NCBI RefSeq assembly: GCF_000143415.4 | Contig: NW_003314483.1 | Location: 33,225 to 50,069, forward strand | Length of the DNA stretch: 16,845 nucleotides | DNA from: Selaginella moellendorffii | Lineage: Eukaryota > Plantae > Lycopodiophyta | Direction of reading: 5' to 3' | Part shown: piece after piece, positions 1-10,473 of the stretch | Layout of the letters: each line of letters starts with the position of its first letter | Numbering within the stretch: position 1 is the stretch's first letter | Notes under the pieces: generated by a model | Seen by the model: only the letters and a program-made list of their open reading frames with translations | The model's database searches: none | What the model was told of the DNA's origin: nothing | Position numbers and translations under genes: made by a program

Positions 1-1203
1 TGCAATTTTTGACAAATCCATGGGTGTTGCCAATTGGCATAACATCATATTCTGCAAGCATTGTTCATTTTTTTTGCCCATATTAGTTTCCAAAAAAATC
101 TCCACATTAGTGGTAAAAGGTATGACTTCTTGATTTCCAGTAGCATTTGCTACAATTACATCCCCTTCTAAACTGGCATCCATAGTTTTCTGCTTTCTTT
201 TGCGGCCCATTTCCAGCTAGTTATTTCAATTTGTATAATAGGCTAGTATGTATATTTACAGCCATAACTTATATGAATTTAGAATGAATATTTTAGTAAA
301 CTCTAAACATGAAACCTAATTATGATTCTAAAAAAGGATTAATTAATAATGATTTCTTTTATAAATTTAGCATTGGGTATTTAAAGCATTAAACAGGGTT
401 TTTTAGCACTAATGATTTCTCCCAAAAACTAAAACAATTTAGTTTGTAAATTAAATACTAATTTATATTTCAAAACAGTAGCACTCTTATACTTTCTTTC
501 TTTGCTCAAATACTCCATTATCTAGTTTTTATTAAAACAAATGTAAGATCAACATTAATTATAACATTCAAAATTACTATTTTATAATGTCTTATATATT
601 TATTATCTTGAAAAACCAATTTAACAATTTCATTCTATTGGTACTATCTACATCTCTTGGAGCTACAAAATGCAAAATTTAAGTAATAAAAAATGCCCAA
701 AAGTCCCAAATCCACACCTCTCAAATTATCATTTGATTTATTTTTTATGCACATATTTTATAAATAAAAAACTTTATATAGAACTTGACTTAAACTACTA
801 TAATATTATAAAAAAAATAGATTATAATACTATAGAATGGAATATGTAAAGACTCATGGAAAAAAGTTTAAAGAGATTTCCTCCATAGTGGGTTTATTAT
901 TCTTCAGATATTTTGAGAAGATAATTGAATTTTTTCGTCGATGGAATTCTTGTTAATTAATATGACTGTTGATAACAATTAGTTATACAACCCTATCAGT
1001 AATTAAATCTAGTAAGAAATGTTAAGAACAAATATGAAATAACATTAGTATATTCATAGTAAGATCTAAGCTTTTTAGCAGAAGATTGTATTAAAGATGA
1101 GAGCTTTAAACCCATTGCTATCTATCGAAAATGAATGTCCAAAGTTTGTGACAGTAAATGACACAAAAGTAGTGAAGTTAATGTATGCAAAGAAATTAAA
1201 ATT

Positions 1204-1919
1204 GTGGAGCTGGAGTTTGTTAATTCTTGAAGTGTCATTACAATTAGTTAGTGAATCTGAATAATAAATTACTGACACTAAATAATATAATGAAATTTTA
1301 ATGCACAATTATTACTCATCATGATTATTTACCTAATGTCACTAATTATTTATATATAATTGCTCTTTTATTATTATTATTGTATTATAAAATAGTGATT
1401 ATTAGTGACATTATTAGTATTTTCTGAACACTATAGTGGTGAATGATATAGTAGAGTTTCTTTGCTTAAAAGAAGATATTGTCATAAAAGTGTGAAAATG
1501 TCATCATGCATGACAAAATTCCATTTAGTTTTGTTACTGCTCTAATCCCAATTTCCAAAGCATGTCATTACTATTACTGTAATAGTAATATAACTATTCA
1601 GTAGCTACATTATNNNNNNNNNNNNNNNNNNNNNNNNNNNNNNNNNNNNNNNNNNNNNNNNNNNNNNNNNNNNNNNNNNNNNNNNNNNNNNNNNNNNNNN
1701 NNNNNNNNNNNNNAATTTATTAAGATTATTTTGAAATTTTTTAATTTTTTAATATCGTCATTTAAATTTATCAAGCATAAATTCTAACTTTTTATTTTTT
1801 TAAGCAATCTACCATTTGTATGACATGTGGTTTGTCCTTTTTCTCTATGGAACTGCAGAAGGTAGCTCGAGTTTTTCTTTCATCTCTGAGAAGAAGCTAA
1901 CAAAGCTTTTGCTTGTAGT
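1204..1919 (+). repeat. Diverged direct repeat A, copy 1 (partner 6236-7168)
   Basis: Collinear matches: 1204 gtggagctggagtttgttaattcttgaagtg vs 6236 gtggagctggggtctgttaattcttgaagtg; ttactgctctaatcccaatttcca vs ttactgctctaattccaatttcca; tatggaactgcagaaggtagctc...agaagaagctaacaaagcttt in both. Similarity stops at 1919/7168. Confidence 0.93.
1614..1713. other. Assembly gap (100 N)
   Basis: Run of exactly 100 N. Confidence 0.99.
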
Positions 1920-2132
1920 AACCTGAGCATAGATGGTGAAAACTGGTGGCAAGGCCATGCACATGCTTACTCAATTCCCAGCCAAGGCACTCTTAAAAGG
2001 ATTGATTCACCAGGTTTAATATTTGTAGCATCACAAGACTCCCTGCAAGCTGACTTGGTCACTCAGAGAAACTGAGAGACAGTCTACTTCATGATTGAGT
2101 TGAAGGAACTCAAGTTGGTTGTTTGGTTGTAG

Positions 2133-2393
2133 TTGCTGTTTGTGGGATTGAAACACCAGAGGATCTTCTCATAGATGGCCTGGGACATGAATGCATCCTT
2201 GCCAACACTGATTTTCAGGGTTGTTCATGTAAGTAGTACTCATTTCCTACAAGTTTGGTACTCTACGCAGGTTGGGTCATTTGTCTGACACAGCGAGGCG
2301 TGAAATCTCATCGTTAACTCCTCACTATGGCCATGTCGATGTGGTGGCAGCAGCCAGAGAGCTTGCCTTCAAGCTAGACAGCCCGAATTTCAG
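2133..2393 (+). pseudogene. Two-exon fragment of an unidentified host gene
   Basis: tgtag|2133 exon (AVCGIETPEDLLIDGLGHECILANTDF...), 42-bp gtaagt...cgcag intron 2229-2270, then a stop-free 123-bp exon 2271-2393 (LGHLSDTARREISSLTPHYGHVDVVAAARELAFKLDSPNF) followed by gt. One frameshift is needed to join the exons. Family not recognised. Confidence 0.5.
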
Positions 2394-2431
2394 GTTTTGA
2401 AAGAAAAAAAAACGCTTGCTCCTTTTGCTTT

Positions 2432-2510
2432 GGTTTTTTTACTTCCATACTTGGTCCCAGTGGGAGTGTGAAAGCTTTTCTCTCAGATTTACCAGACACT
2501 TGCTGGGCGG
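2432..2510 (+). pseudogene. Probable ABCG transporter nucleotide-binding-domain (Walker A) fragment
   Basis: Translates GFFTSILGPSGSVKAFLSD, then after a 7-nt offset TLAGR. This resembles the ABCG consensus G..TAILGPSGSGKTTLLDALAGR, with Walker A G->V. Short match. Confidence 0.45.
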
Positions 2511-3124
2511 GAATGATGGTACATATGCATGAGTTTTTCCTATATTGTTTTTCAATCTCTTTCTCTTTCTTGAGAAACTATGACAGTGCTTTCCAAAACT
2601 TACACACTTATGGCGGATACAGCATTCTTCCCTGCATTGATGCTGTTATTGCCTACATCTTTGAAGATAACAGCACATAGATGATAATTTGATAACATCA
2701 CTTGATATCAAATCAAAATCTGGATTTGATCATTTGTAATCTGGATCTATAATACAGCACACTTAGGGATGGACGGTTTCCTGTGAAAGTCTGCAAGAAC
2801 AAGGTAACTGTAGAGTTACAAGGAAAGAACCTTCAGGAACTTACTCTATGAGGAATCAAATAATCCAGAACACCTTCTGCTCGAGGTTCCTCGGGGATAT
2901 GAAGAAAGAAACATTTAGACCATGAAAGAACACGAGAGATTCCTTACTGACCTTGCCATAAGCAAATACGTCTGCTTGGGCATATAAACTCGTCATTTGT
3001 TATGAAAATTCATCTGAATGCACGAGAGTAATAACAATTGTCTTACTTCTCAAAATCACTGATTGCTGTCTTTTGATGATTCCAATGAAGTCGCACGGAA
3101 CAACTTGATGTTTGTTACTATCTG

Positions 3125-3458
3125 AAAGTACTGAGCTCTCCTTCACCAACGCGCAAAAATGCAGAAAAGCGAAAGAGTTGAGGCTGATATTGTCATTAAA
3201 CTTGTTTTTATATGAACACAAGAATGCCATTCACAGTCTGTGAATATTGTGTTCTCGATTTCAGTAATGTGTTGAAAGTAATTTCTGGCAACTTTCTCCA
3301 CCTGTTCAAATGCAAGATGGATAATGCCGCTATCTCTATCTGTTGCAGCAGTAATAAATATCTGATTGATAAAGCATTGATACCTTGTCCAAAATTACTC
3401 AAAACTTTGTTACCATAACCGTAATTTTCCAGCCAGATTTTACATTGCCAACTTGGAT
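3125..3458 (-). pseudogene. BIG: Fragment of BIG/Sec7-family ARF guanine-nucleotide exchange factor (C-terminal HDS region)
   Basis: IQVGNVKSGWKITVM | 52-bp GT-AG intron 3413-3362 | IFITAATDRDSGIIHLAFEQVEKVARNYFQHITEIENTIFTDC / VNGILVFI* / NKFNDNISLNSFAFLHFCA / GEGEL. Matches plant BIG NVKSGWKSMFMVFTTAA...LAFE.IEKI.R.YF..ITETETTTFTDCVNCL.AF.N.RF..DISLN.IAFLRFCA..LAEG. Several frameshifts and a stop. Confidence 0.9.
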
Positions 3459-4408
3459 CCTGCCTTTGTTGAGACATGGTACTCAAGAGGGAACTTGGCA
3501 ACCTCTTCAGGAATTTTCTCCACTTCTTGGCTTTTACATACATCCCTAGTGTATAAGGTGGAAAAGTTATAGAAGAAATTCGCAGCACTGGCGCTCTCTT
3601 ACAATGAAGCAGGGAAAGAGATTACCTGAAGCTCAAGGTTGTGAAAGGATAAAACTGAACCATAAGAATTGAAAAGTATAATCAAGGGTGATTATACAAG
3701 TTGGGAATGGAGAATCAAGTGGGTGCTCAAACGTGTTGCTATTAGCAACCGTGATGCTATAGTGAATTTAAAGTATGGAATTATCTATATTAGACTATAT
3801 AGCAATTAAAAGGCTTACAAAAGGAGAAACCTTAACAAACTAAGGAACAGAATCCCTTTAAGGTTCCCAAAGACAATTCTAGGTAAGTTAGTACTTAGAA
3901 AGTCAATTGTAAATGGTTTATGAAATGCACAAAATTAGAGTGATGCAACAAAAGTGTGGTCTTAAAGCTTGTCATGAGGCAAGGCTATCAAGGTTGGGGA
4001 AGTAGTTTCTGAGTGTTCAAAGAGATGGTTTTGAACGAAAGTCGATAATTAAGGACTTTCACGCTTATGCATGAAATCATATTATATTTTTCAGATGACT
4101 TGCTAAGCGAGGTTGGCAAGTCAGAAGAACAAAGACCCTAGTTAAAGGTTGACTTCAAAAGGGATGGCCTATAATGCCAAACATTGAGGAATTTATGTGT
4201 GATCACAAGTGAGAGGACTTGGAAGTTTGGAGGAACTATATTCTTAAGCTGTGATCCGTAGCACGCTTTAAATATAAATTGGTGCACCGGTGTGTTTGAC
4301 TGCACTTTCAGTTGATGCTTGATCTGTTTCTGATTCTATGGTTCAGTGGTCTCATCACTGACTTCTGTAGCAATATCTCCTGCCATGGATATGCTTAGAT
4401 TGTCCGGT

Positions 4409-4891
4409 TCATGAAGTGGGAATGTCTACTTCAATGCCACAATTGCTCGCAAAGACATTTCTAGCAATGAAATTGTAACTTCGATATTATGTCCTGCAGA
4501 AATAAGTTTCTTGCCAATAAGGTCCTGTCCGCAGAAAAATCCAGATTTTTTAAAAAAGAAAACCGATGAATGACATGATCACCTGCGTCGCATTGAAGGC
4601 ACGTTTTAAATATTTCAACGTCCAGGCAAGTATCAATAATCCCCATAGTGGAAGCTAGCAAGGAAAGAAAACCACAGTTTGTCTGACCTGATAAAAAAAT
4701 TGGGCCAGTGCTAAACCTCCTAGACGACCTTTGCCAGTCCCAACAGTAATGTGCAAAAGAACAACTTCCTCTCCAATCTGGAAGAAGCAAGTAATCAGAT
4801 TAGAATGAAAGGATATGAATTTCAGTACCTTCAAATCAGGGGTGATGATGAGTGTAATGTCTGAACAAGTCACATACAACTAATGACGAGA
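4409..4891 (-). pseudogene. PUR4: Fragment of phosphoribosylformylglycinamidine (FGAM) synthase, 4 exons
   Basis: LVIS/YVTCSDITLIITPDLK | intron 4828-4778 | IGEEVVLLHITVGTGKGRLGGLALAQFFYQ | intron from 4687 | ..DTCLDVE/YLKRAFNATQ | intron 4582-4525 | DLIGKKLISAGHNIEVTISLLEMS/ASNCGIEVDIP. Matches PurL VISAYVTCPDIT.TVTPDLK...RLGGSALAQ...SAGHDISDGG...LEMAFAGN.G. The DISDGG motif is partly deleted, there are frameshifts, and the fragment runs into the gap. Confidence 0.92.
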
Positions 4892-5638
4892 NNNNNNNNN
4901 NNNNNNNNNNNNNNNNNNNNNNNNNNNNNNNNNNNNNNNNNNNNNNNNNNNNNNNNNNNNNNNNNNNNNNNNNNNNNNNNNNNNNNNNNNNNNNNNNNNN
5001 NNNNNNNNNNNNNNNNNNNNNNNNNNNNNNNNNNNNNNNNNNNNNNNNNNNNNNNNNNNNNNNNNNNNNNNNNNNNNNNNNNNNNNNNNNNNNNNNNNNN
5101 NNNNNNNNNNNNNNNNNNNNNNNNNNNNNNNNNNNNNNNNNNNNNNNNNNNNNNNNNNNNNNNNNNNNNNNNNNNNNNNNNNNNNNNNNNNNNNNNNNNN
5201 NNNNNNNNNNNNNNNNNNNNNNNNNNNNNNNNNNNNNNNNNNNNNNNNNNNNNNNNNNNNNNNNNNNNNNNNNNNNNNNNNNNNNNNNNNNNNNNNNNNN
5301 NNNNNNNNNNNNNNNNNNNNNNNNNNNNNNNNNNNNNNNNNNNNNNNNNNNNNNNNNNNNNNNNNNNNNNNNNNNNNNNNNNNNNNNNNNNNNNNNNNNN
5401 NNNNNNNNNNNNNNNNNNNNNNNNNNNNNNNNNNNNNNNNNNNNNNNNNNNNNNNNNNNNNNNNNNNNNNNNNNNNNNNNNNNNNNNNNNNNNNNNNNNN
5501 NNNNNNNNNNNNNNNNNNNNNNNNNNNNNNNNNNNNNNNNNNNNNNNNNNNNNNNNNNNNNNNNNNNNNNNNNNNNNNNNNNNNNNNNNNNNNNNNNNNN
5601 NNNNNNNNNNNNNNNNNNNNNNNNNNNNNNNNNNNNNN
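4892..5638. other. Assembly gap (747 N)
   Basis: Run of N. The 271-aa ORF in the track is an artefact of it. Confidence 0.99.
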
Positions 5639-6235
5639 ATGATAAATAGGTTTGGGGAATTATTTTTTGATTACATACTGAGCTTTATTTTTTTTTAATC
5701 TGAACTATAATGCTGCCTTTAACTTTCATAGTCTAATAAAGAACAAAAGAATTTCTATTATGTGTCTCAATTTATATTTACAAATAAACATCAGTAAATC
5801 AATCTAGATATTCACACTACATTAGAGGTGTTTGAAAAGAGGTACATCCAAAGATAATAATTATATTAGAGAAATAATTGTATTAAGACAAATCTCTACT
5901 AATGCTTTATAACAAAACTATATATTACAATTTATAAAAACATTACTATTGAATGATTCAACACTACTTCCTCTTCAGCAATTATATAAAGGAGAATATG
6001 CTTGCAGATTAATATATTATATAAAAATATTAATTTTTTAAATATAAACATGGAGATAACATTAATATGTACATATTAAAATTAATTTTTTAAATCTATT
6101 TGCATTATTGTGAATTTCTTTAGAGGTGAAGAGTAGCAAAATTAAGATAAATTTAACCTTGTATACAATTAAAATTTTTAACATTGTAAAATTAGAAAAG
6201 AAGATGTATTTATCTTAGGTATGCTATATCTCCCA

Positions 6236-6510
6236 GTGGAGCTGGGGTCTGTTAATTCTTGAAGTGTTATTACAATTATTTAGTAAATCTGACCAATACA
6301 TTAGTGACACTATTTAATATAATCAAATTTCTAGAAATTATTTTGATACACAATTGTATACTCGTGTTTATTAGATGTCATTACTTTTATTTTTACCTGG
6401 ATATTTAATTTTGCTATTTCTTTTTCCTTTAACTCTTCATCTTTGATGTGCTAAAAGTTTTTCTGAAAACCTTATTATTATAAATAACTCTTTCAGAGAG
6501 TAATTGCAAG

Positions 6511-6561
<51 letters not shown>

Positions 6562-7168
6562 TCATTTTGTTTTATTATTATCATGGTATAATAAAATAGT
6601 GTTTATTATTGACATTATTACCATTTTCTGAATACTATAATGGTGAATGATATAATGGATTTTCTTTGCTTACCAGAAGAAGTAAATCTGTATTGTCATA
6701 GAAGTGTTAGAATGTCATTATGTGTGACAAATTTCCATTTTTTATTACTGCTCTAATTCCAATTTCCAATGCATGCCATTAATATTACCGCATTAGTAAT
6801 AGAACTATTCAGTATCTACATTATCAATAATTAAAAAGCTGTATTATTTGAATTTATCTGGATTATTGTGATATTTTTTAATATCATCATTTAAATTAAT
6901 CAAGGGAGGACCCTAGCATAAATTCTAACTTTTTTTTTCTTAAACCTATCTGCTATTTGTAAGATCTGTTGTTTCTCCTTTTTCTCAATCTATTTTTAAT
7001 TTTTATCGTGCTCATTGAATAGCCCAGCACTTGATAAGACTTAACACCCAAGGAACTTCATGTGCTTGGATGTACCAGCAAGGACTCCTTAGCTTATGGA
7101 ACTGCAGAAGGTAGCTCAAGTTTTTCTTTCATATCCAAGAAGAAGCTAACAAAGCTTTCTCTTGTAGT
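6236..7168 (+). repeat. Diverged direct repeat A, copy 2
   Basis: Homologous to 1204-1919, with extra sequence at about 6340-6570 (including the TA microsatellite) and about 6987-7094. Confidence 0.93.
6514..6557. repeat. (TA)22 microsatellite
   Basis: Perfect TA dinucleotide run of 44 bp. Confidence 0.98.
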
Positions 7169-8526
7169 TTCTTAATTCTTCAAGAGTAGTGTTTTCTAAA
7201 AAAATAATGATATTTTTGAGATATCCATAAGAATTGCATGTTTGGAATATATACATCACCAAAGATTTCTCTAAATAACAGAAAACAAATTACTTTCCAA
7301 TATAAATACTACTATGTTTTTCATAAGATTAGCAACCTTCCTTATTCTTTCTTGCTTCAAATGCCAAATCCATTATATGTTTTTTCTCTAAAATCCTTCT
7401 TTAGGCCAACTATCAACTTCTTATTTTTCTACTTACTACAAGGTCTCATCTTTTCTCATTTGCAATAATGTGTTATCTTGGACTATTGAAATAGGAGATT
7501 GTGATCTTAGGATACCATTATTTGCATGAATTTATGATGTTAGTTTTTGTAGCAGTGGATTGTAACACATTTGTTAAGGACCCTTTCATAATAAGATTGA
7601 AATGGTGACCTTTGTGGCCCGAACTCATGTTTCTATGCTCCCTGCCACCACAAGCCATTCTAAGGAGGCTCCTGAATCTAGTGTCAAGCAATGCAACTGA
7701 TGTTAGATCTCTTCCTCTTGCAAGGATATGTGTCTGTCTGGGTATTTGCAAAGGTGATGAATTCAATTCTATTCTTCTTCCACATTTTGTCTTGGGTGAT
7801 TCATTATTTGCTTTCATTGTTTGAGAGTGAAGTGGCAAGAGACTGACTTTTTTTATGAAATCTCTGCTTGTGTAATTCTGTCTTTGTAAGCATTGTTTTG
7901 TAGTCAAGCAAAGCCACAAAGGCTACAACAGGCAGTACAATGTACTCCTATTTAACTATTTATTAGAACAAGAAAATATCATACTACACCTTACTATTTC
8001 TCATTCCCTAGACATTCCTCAGATGCTGCTCATAGAATTCCAGAAGCTGTAACTTGACTCCATAAAACATGAAAGAAGCAGTGAAGAAGTACCTTTCATA
8101 GTTTAAAGGTTTTTTCTCGTTATTGAAAGACATCCAGAGGAGGTTAACACTTCAGAGCCTCACAAGCGCCTCATAAATTGCCCTTAAAGAGATGGTGTTC
8201 AGTTCTATGGTTCTTTAAGAATACCTACCAGTTTGACTCTGTCTTGAACATGTCGTCATTAGGTCCATTGGAGAAAAGGGTAACCATAAATGCAGAGTTT
8301 TTATAAATAGTGTTTCCTTCGAAATACAGAAGCGACAGAGATGAATTAGAACAGTGGAGGCATGAGAATACATTAGCATATCACCTTGTATGAGGTACAA
8401 TTCAGTAGAATACTTTTGTCTTTTTTTAATTACAGAAGTTTTGAAACTCTTACAGAATAGTCTGGATGTGGCCTAAAGAAGAAATTTTGTATGAAGGAAA
8501 GTTTGTATGAAATTGGAAATGTTTAT

Positions 8527-8957
8527 CTTCACTTTCTCAAGCACATCATGGATTTTTCTTTAGGAAATCAGCCACATGATGACATGAGCTGTTGAGTTGT
8601 GACCAGCGTTCATGTACATGTTGAGCATGTCTATGATATGAGCGTCTTCCAGCACCTCTTTTTTGTCATCCAGCTGATCCATGAGCAACGAAAGAATGCT
8701 TGCTTCCTGCGGGTTTCCAGAAGCGCTGGTTGATCACGTCCTGGATAAGCTTGATGAGCTTTTGCCTCGGCCTGAAAATGAGAAAACGTCACAAAGCTAT
8801 GTACAACGCATATGGCTTTGTTGTAGGCAGTGCCGAGGAAGTTGATGGGGAGAGCCTGAATGCCTTGGTTGACAATGTAGTAAAAGGAGAAAGTCTCTTC
8901 CATGTCGAGACTGGAGTCTTTCCCATATAAAATGTAGAGGACAGTTAGAAACGTTTC
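8527..8957 (-). pseudogene. CYP88: Cytochrome P450 CYP88 (ent-kaurenoic acid oxidase-like) fragment, helices E-J
   Basis: TFLTVLYILYGKDSSLDMEETFSFYYIVNQGIQALPINFLGTAYNKAI | acceptor tttcag ending 8772 | (A)RQKLIKLIQDVINQR / ASGNPQEASILSLLMDQLDD / EVLEDAHIIDMLNMYMNAGHNSTAHVIMWLI / FLRKIHDVLEKVK. The I-helix matches the CYP88 signature IIDVLLMYLNAGHESSGH.IMW. Multiple frameshifts; no heme motif in the fragment. Confidence 0.87.
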
Positions 8958-9016
8958 CTCCTGTGATGTTTTCCTTCCTGGTGTTAGAGAGTAACTGAGG
9001 ATCAAACGAAACAAAT

Positions 9017-10436
9017 CTCGCCATGTAAGATTGCACTGCCTGAGCAAAGCCAGGCTTGTATGAGAAGAGCAGCCCACGGAAAAGCTTCCCATTGATGGAC
9101 GCTTCTAACGTGTATCCGTAGTTGAATACATTGCTTACTTTAGCCTCGAACATCTTCTTGCCTAGCGGCTGAACATGAGCTTGAAACTATGTAGCATGAG
9201 TTTGACAGGGAAAAATTGGAGAGATCCAAGTTTTTCTGCAGATACCTCCGTGAGATGAAACCAAGCTCTTGTCTGCATCCCGTTGCTTGTCTAGCACGAA
9301 TGGCGTGGCATGATACTCTTGCCGCCTTCTCTTAAGTTCCTTACGCATGGATAGCTTTGGTTCTGATGGATCTTTCTCCCTCAGCATCTCTTCACAGAAA
9401 AACGGCAACCATATTGTCAAGAATGGCAGCAATGTCAATTAAAGAAGAAGCCAACCTGTGTCGAGGAAATACATGTCATCCAGAGCTTCAAGCTCTTCGT
9501 TACATCCCCCATAGAAGAATCATATGCCTCGCTCTGCGTCCACGGAATCTCCTGCAAGGGAGAAACGTGGAGAAGGCCCGGGACCAGAGGGATTCGAAGT
9601 CGCCCAAACACCAGTCGCTACAAAATACGTAAAAGCCCCATGAGAGACTCACGTACTTAAGTCGAGAGTATGGACGTCATTGAATAGCTTGTGATCATAG
9701 GAGAATCCTCCAAACACGACGAGATACTTTCCATGGCTGATTGTTGTGTGCCCGGCTCTTAGCATCAGCTCCACACCAGTCGTCTTTACCTCCCGCCATG
9801 CCATTGTTTCTGGAAACGCAAATGAATTCGCAAGTTTAAAACCAGCACCATGTATGTACCTGTGTCCAGAATATAAACATCGTTTAGATAGGCATTACCA
9901 CTGTCCTCGCCACCCATGACAACGAAACAGTTCTTATAGAAAAAGCAGGTATGGCTATCCTGAGGAATAGGCAAGACTCCAGTGGTAGAAATCTTCTTCC
10001 AGACAAAAGTATCTACAGGAAAAAAAAAAGTTTAGAAGAAAACAAGGAAAGATAACAGGATATTTCTCGTGTTTAAAACATGGAGGTCGTTGTAGTACTC
10101 CTCCTCTGAGGGATCGCTGGATTTCCCACATCCCCCAAACACAAACAGGTTGTCACCAATGAGAGATGTGCTATGTCCTTCTCTCGAAGCAGGAACATCA
10201 CCAAAAACGTCGGGTTTCCCCCAGGTGTTGGTAGCTGCATCAGATGATAAGAACGAGAAAAAAAATGATAGAACTCAGGAGCTTACTGTTATCCAAAACA
10301 AAGAGATCGTTGAGCAGGCTGGTTCCATTGGTACCACCAAACACATAGAGCTTAGACCCGACGGCCGTTGAGCTGTGGCTGTCTCGAGGAGAAGGGTGCG
10401 TTCCTTTCATCACAGGCTTGCTCCAGGTGTACGTCC
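9017..10436 (-). pseudogene. Kelch-repeat (galactose oxidase/kelch superfamily, At1g18610/At1g74150-type) gene, 5'-truncated and disabled
   Basis: Exons: 10436-10287 (GTYTWSKPVMKGTHPSPRDSHSSTAVGSKLYVFGG..), 10234-10067 (..REGHSTSLIGDNLFVFGGCGKSSD..YYNDLHVLNT), 10012-9860 (..DSHTC..VVMGGED..YLNDVYILDT), 9809-9657 (..RAGHTT..VVFGGF..), 9617-9456 (..GPSPRFSLAG..GGCNEELEALDDMYFLDT), 9389-9246 (KLSMRKELKRR), ~9188-9017 (KMFEAKV..YGYTLEASINGKLFRGLLFS). Lesions: TGA at 9522-9520, donor GA at 10066, inferred acceptor AT at 9190-9189, inferred donor AT at 9016. The first kelch exon is absent. Confidence 0.92.
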
Positions 10437-10473
10437 CTGCGCGATCCCACCAGAAGAGTGAAGAACCTTGATT

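Noticed and set aside
1-210. Minus-strand MGRKRKQKTMDASLEGD... start, possibly a Rep/Hel N-terminus
   Set aside because: It stops after 42 codons, no diagnostic motif is visible and it is cut by the window edge.
4883-5698. 271-aa ORF in the track
   Set aside because: It consists almost entirely of the N gap.
1204-7168. Repeat A pair as LTRs of a retrotransposon
   Set aside because: No TG...CA termini, PBS, PPT or gag/pol motifs were seen between the copies, although part of the interval is a gap.
9017-10436. Kelch gene as a functional CDS
   Set aside because: It has an in-frame TGA (9522-9520), a non-canonical donor at 10066, further inferred splice lesions and no first exon.
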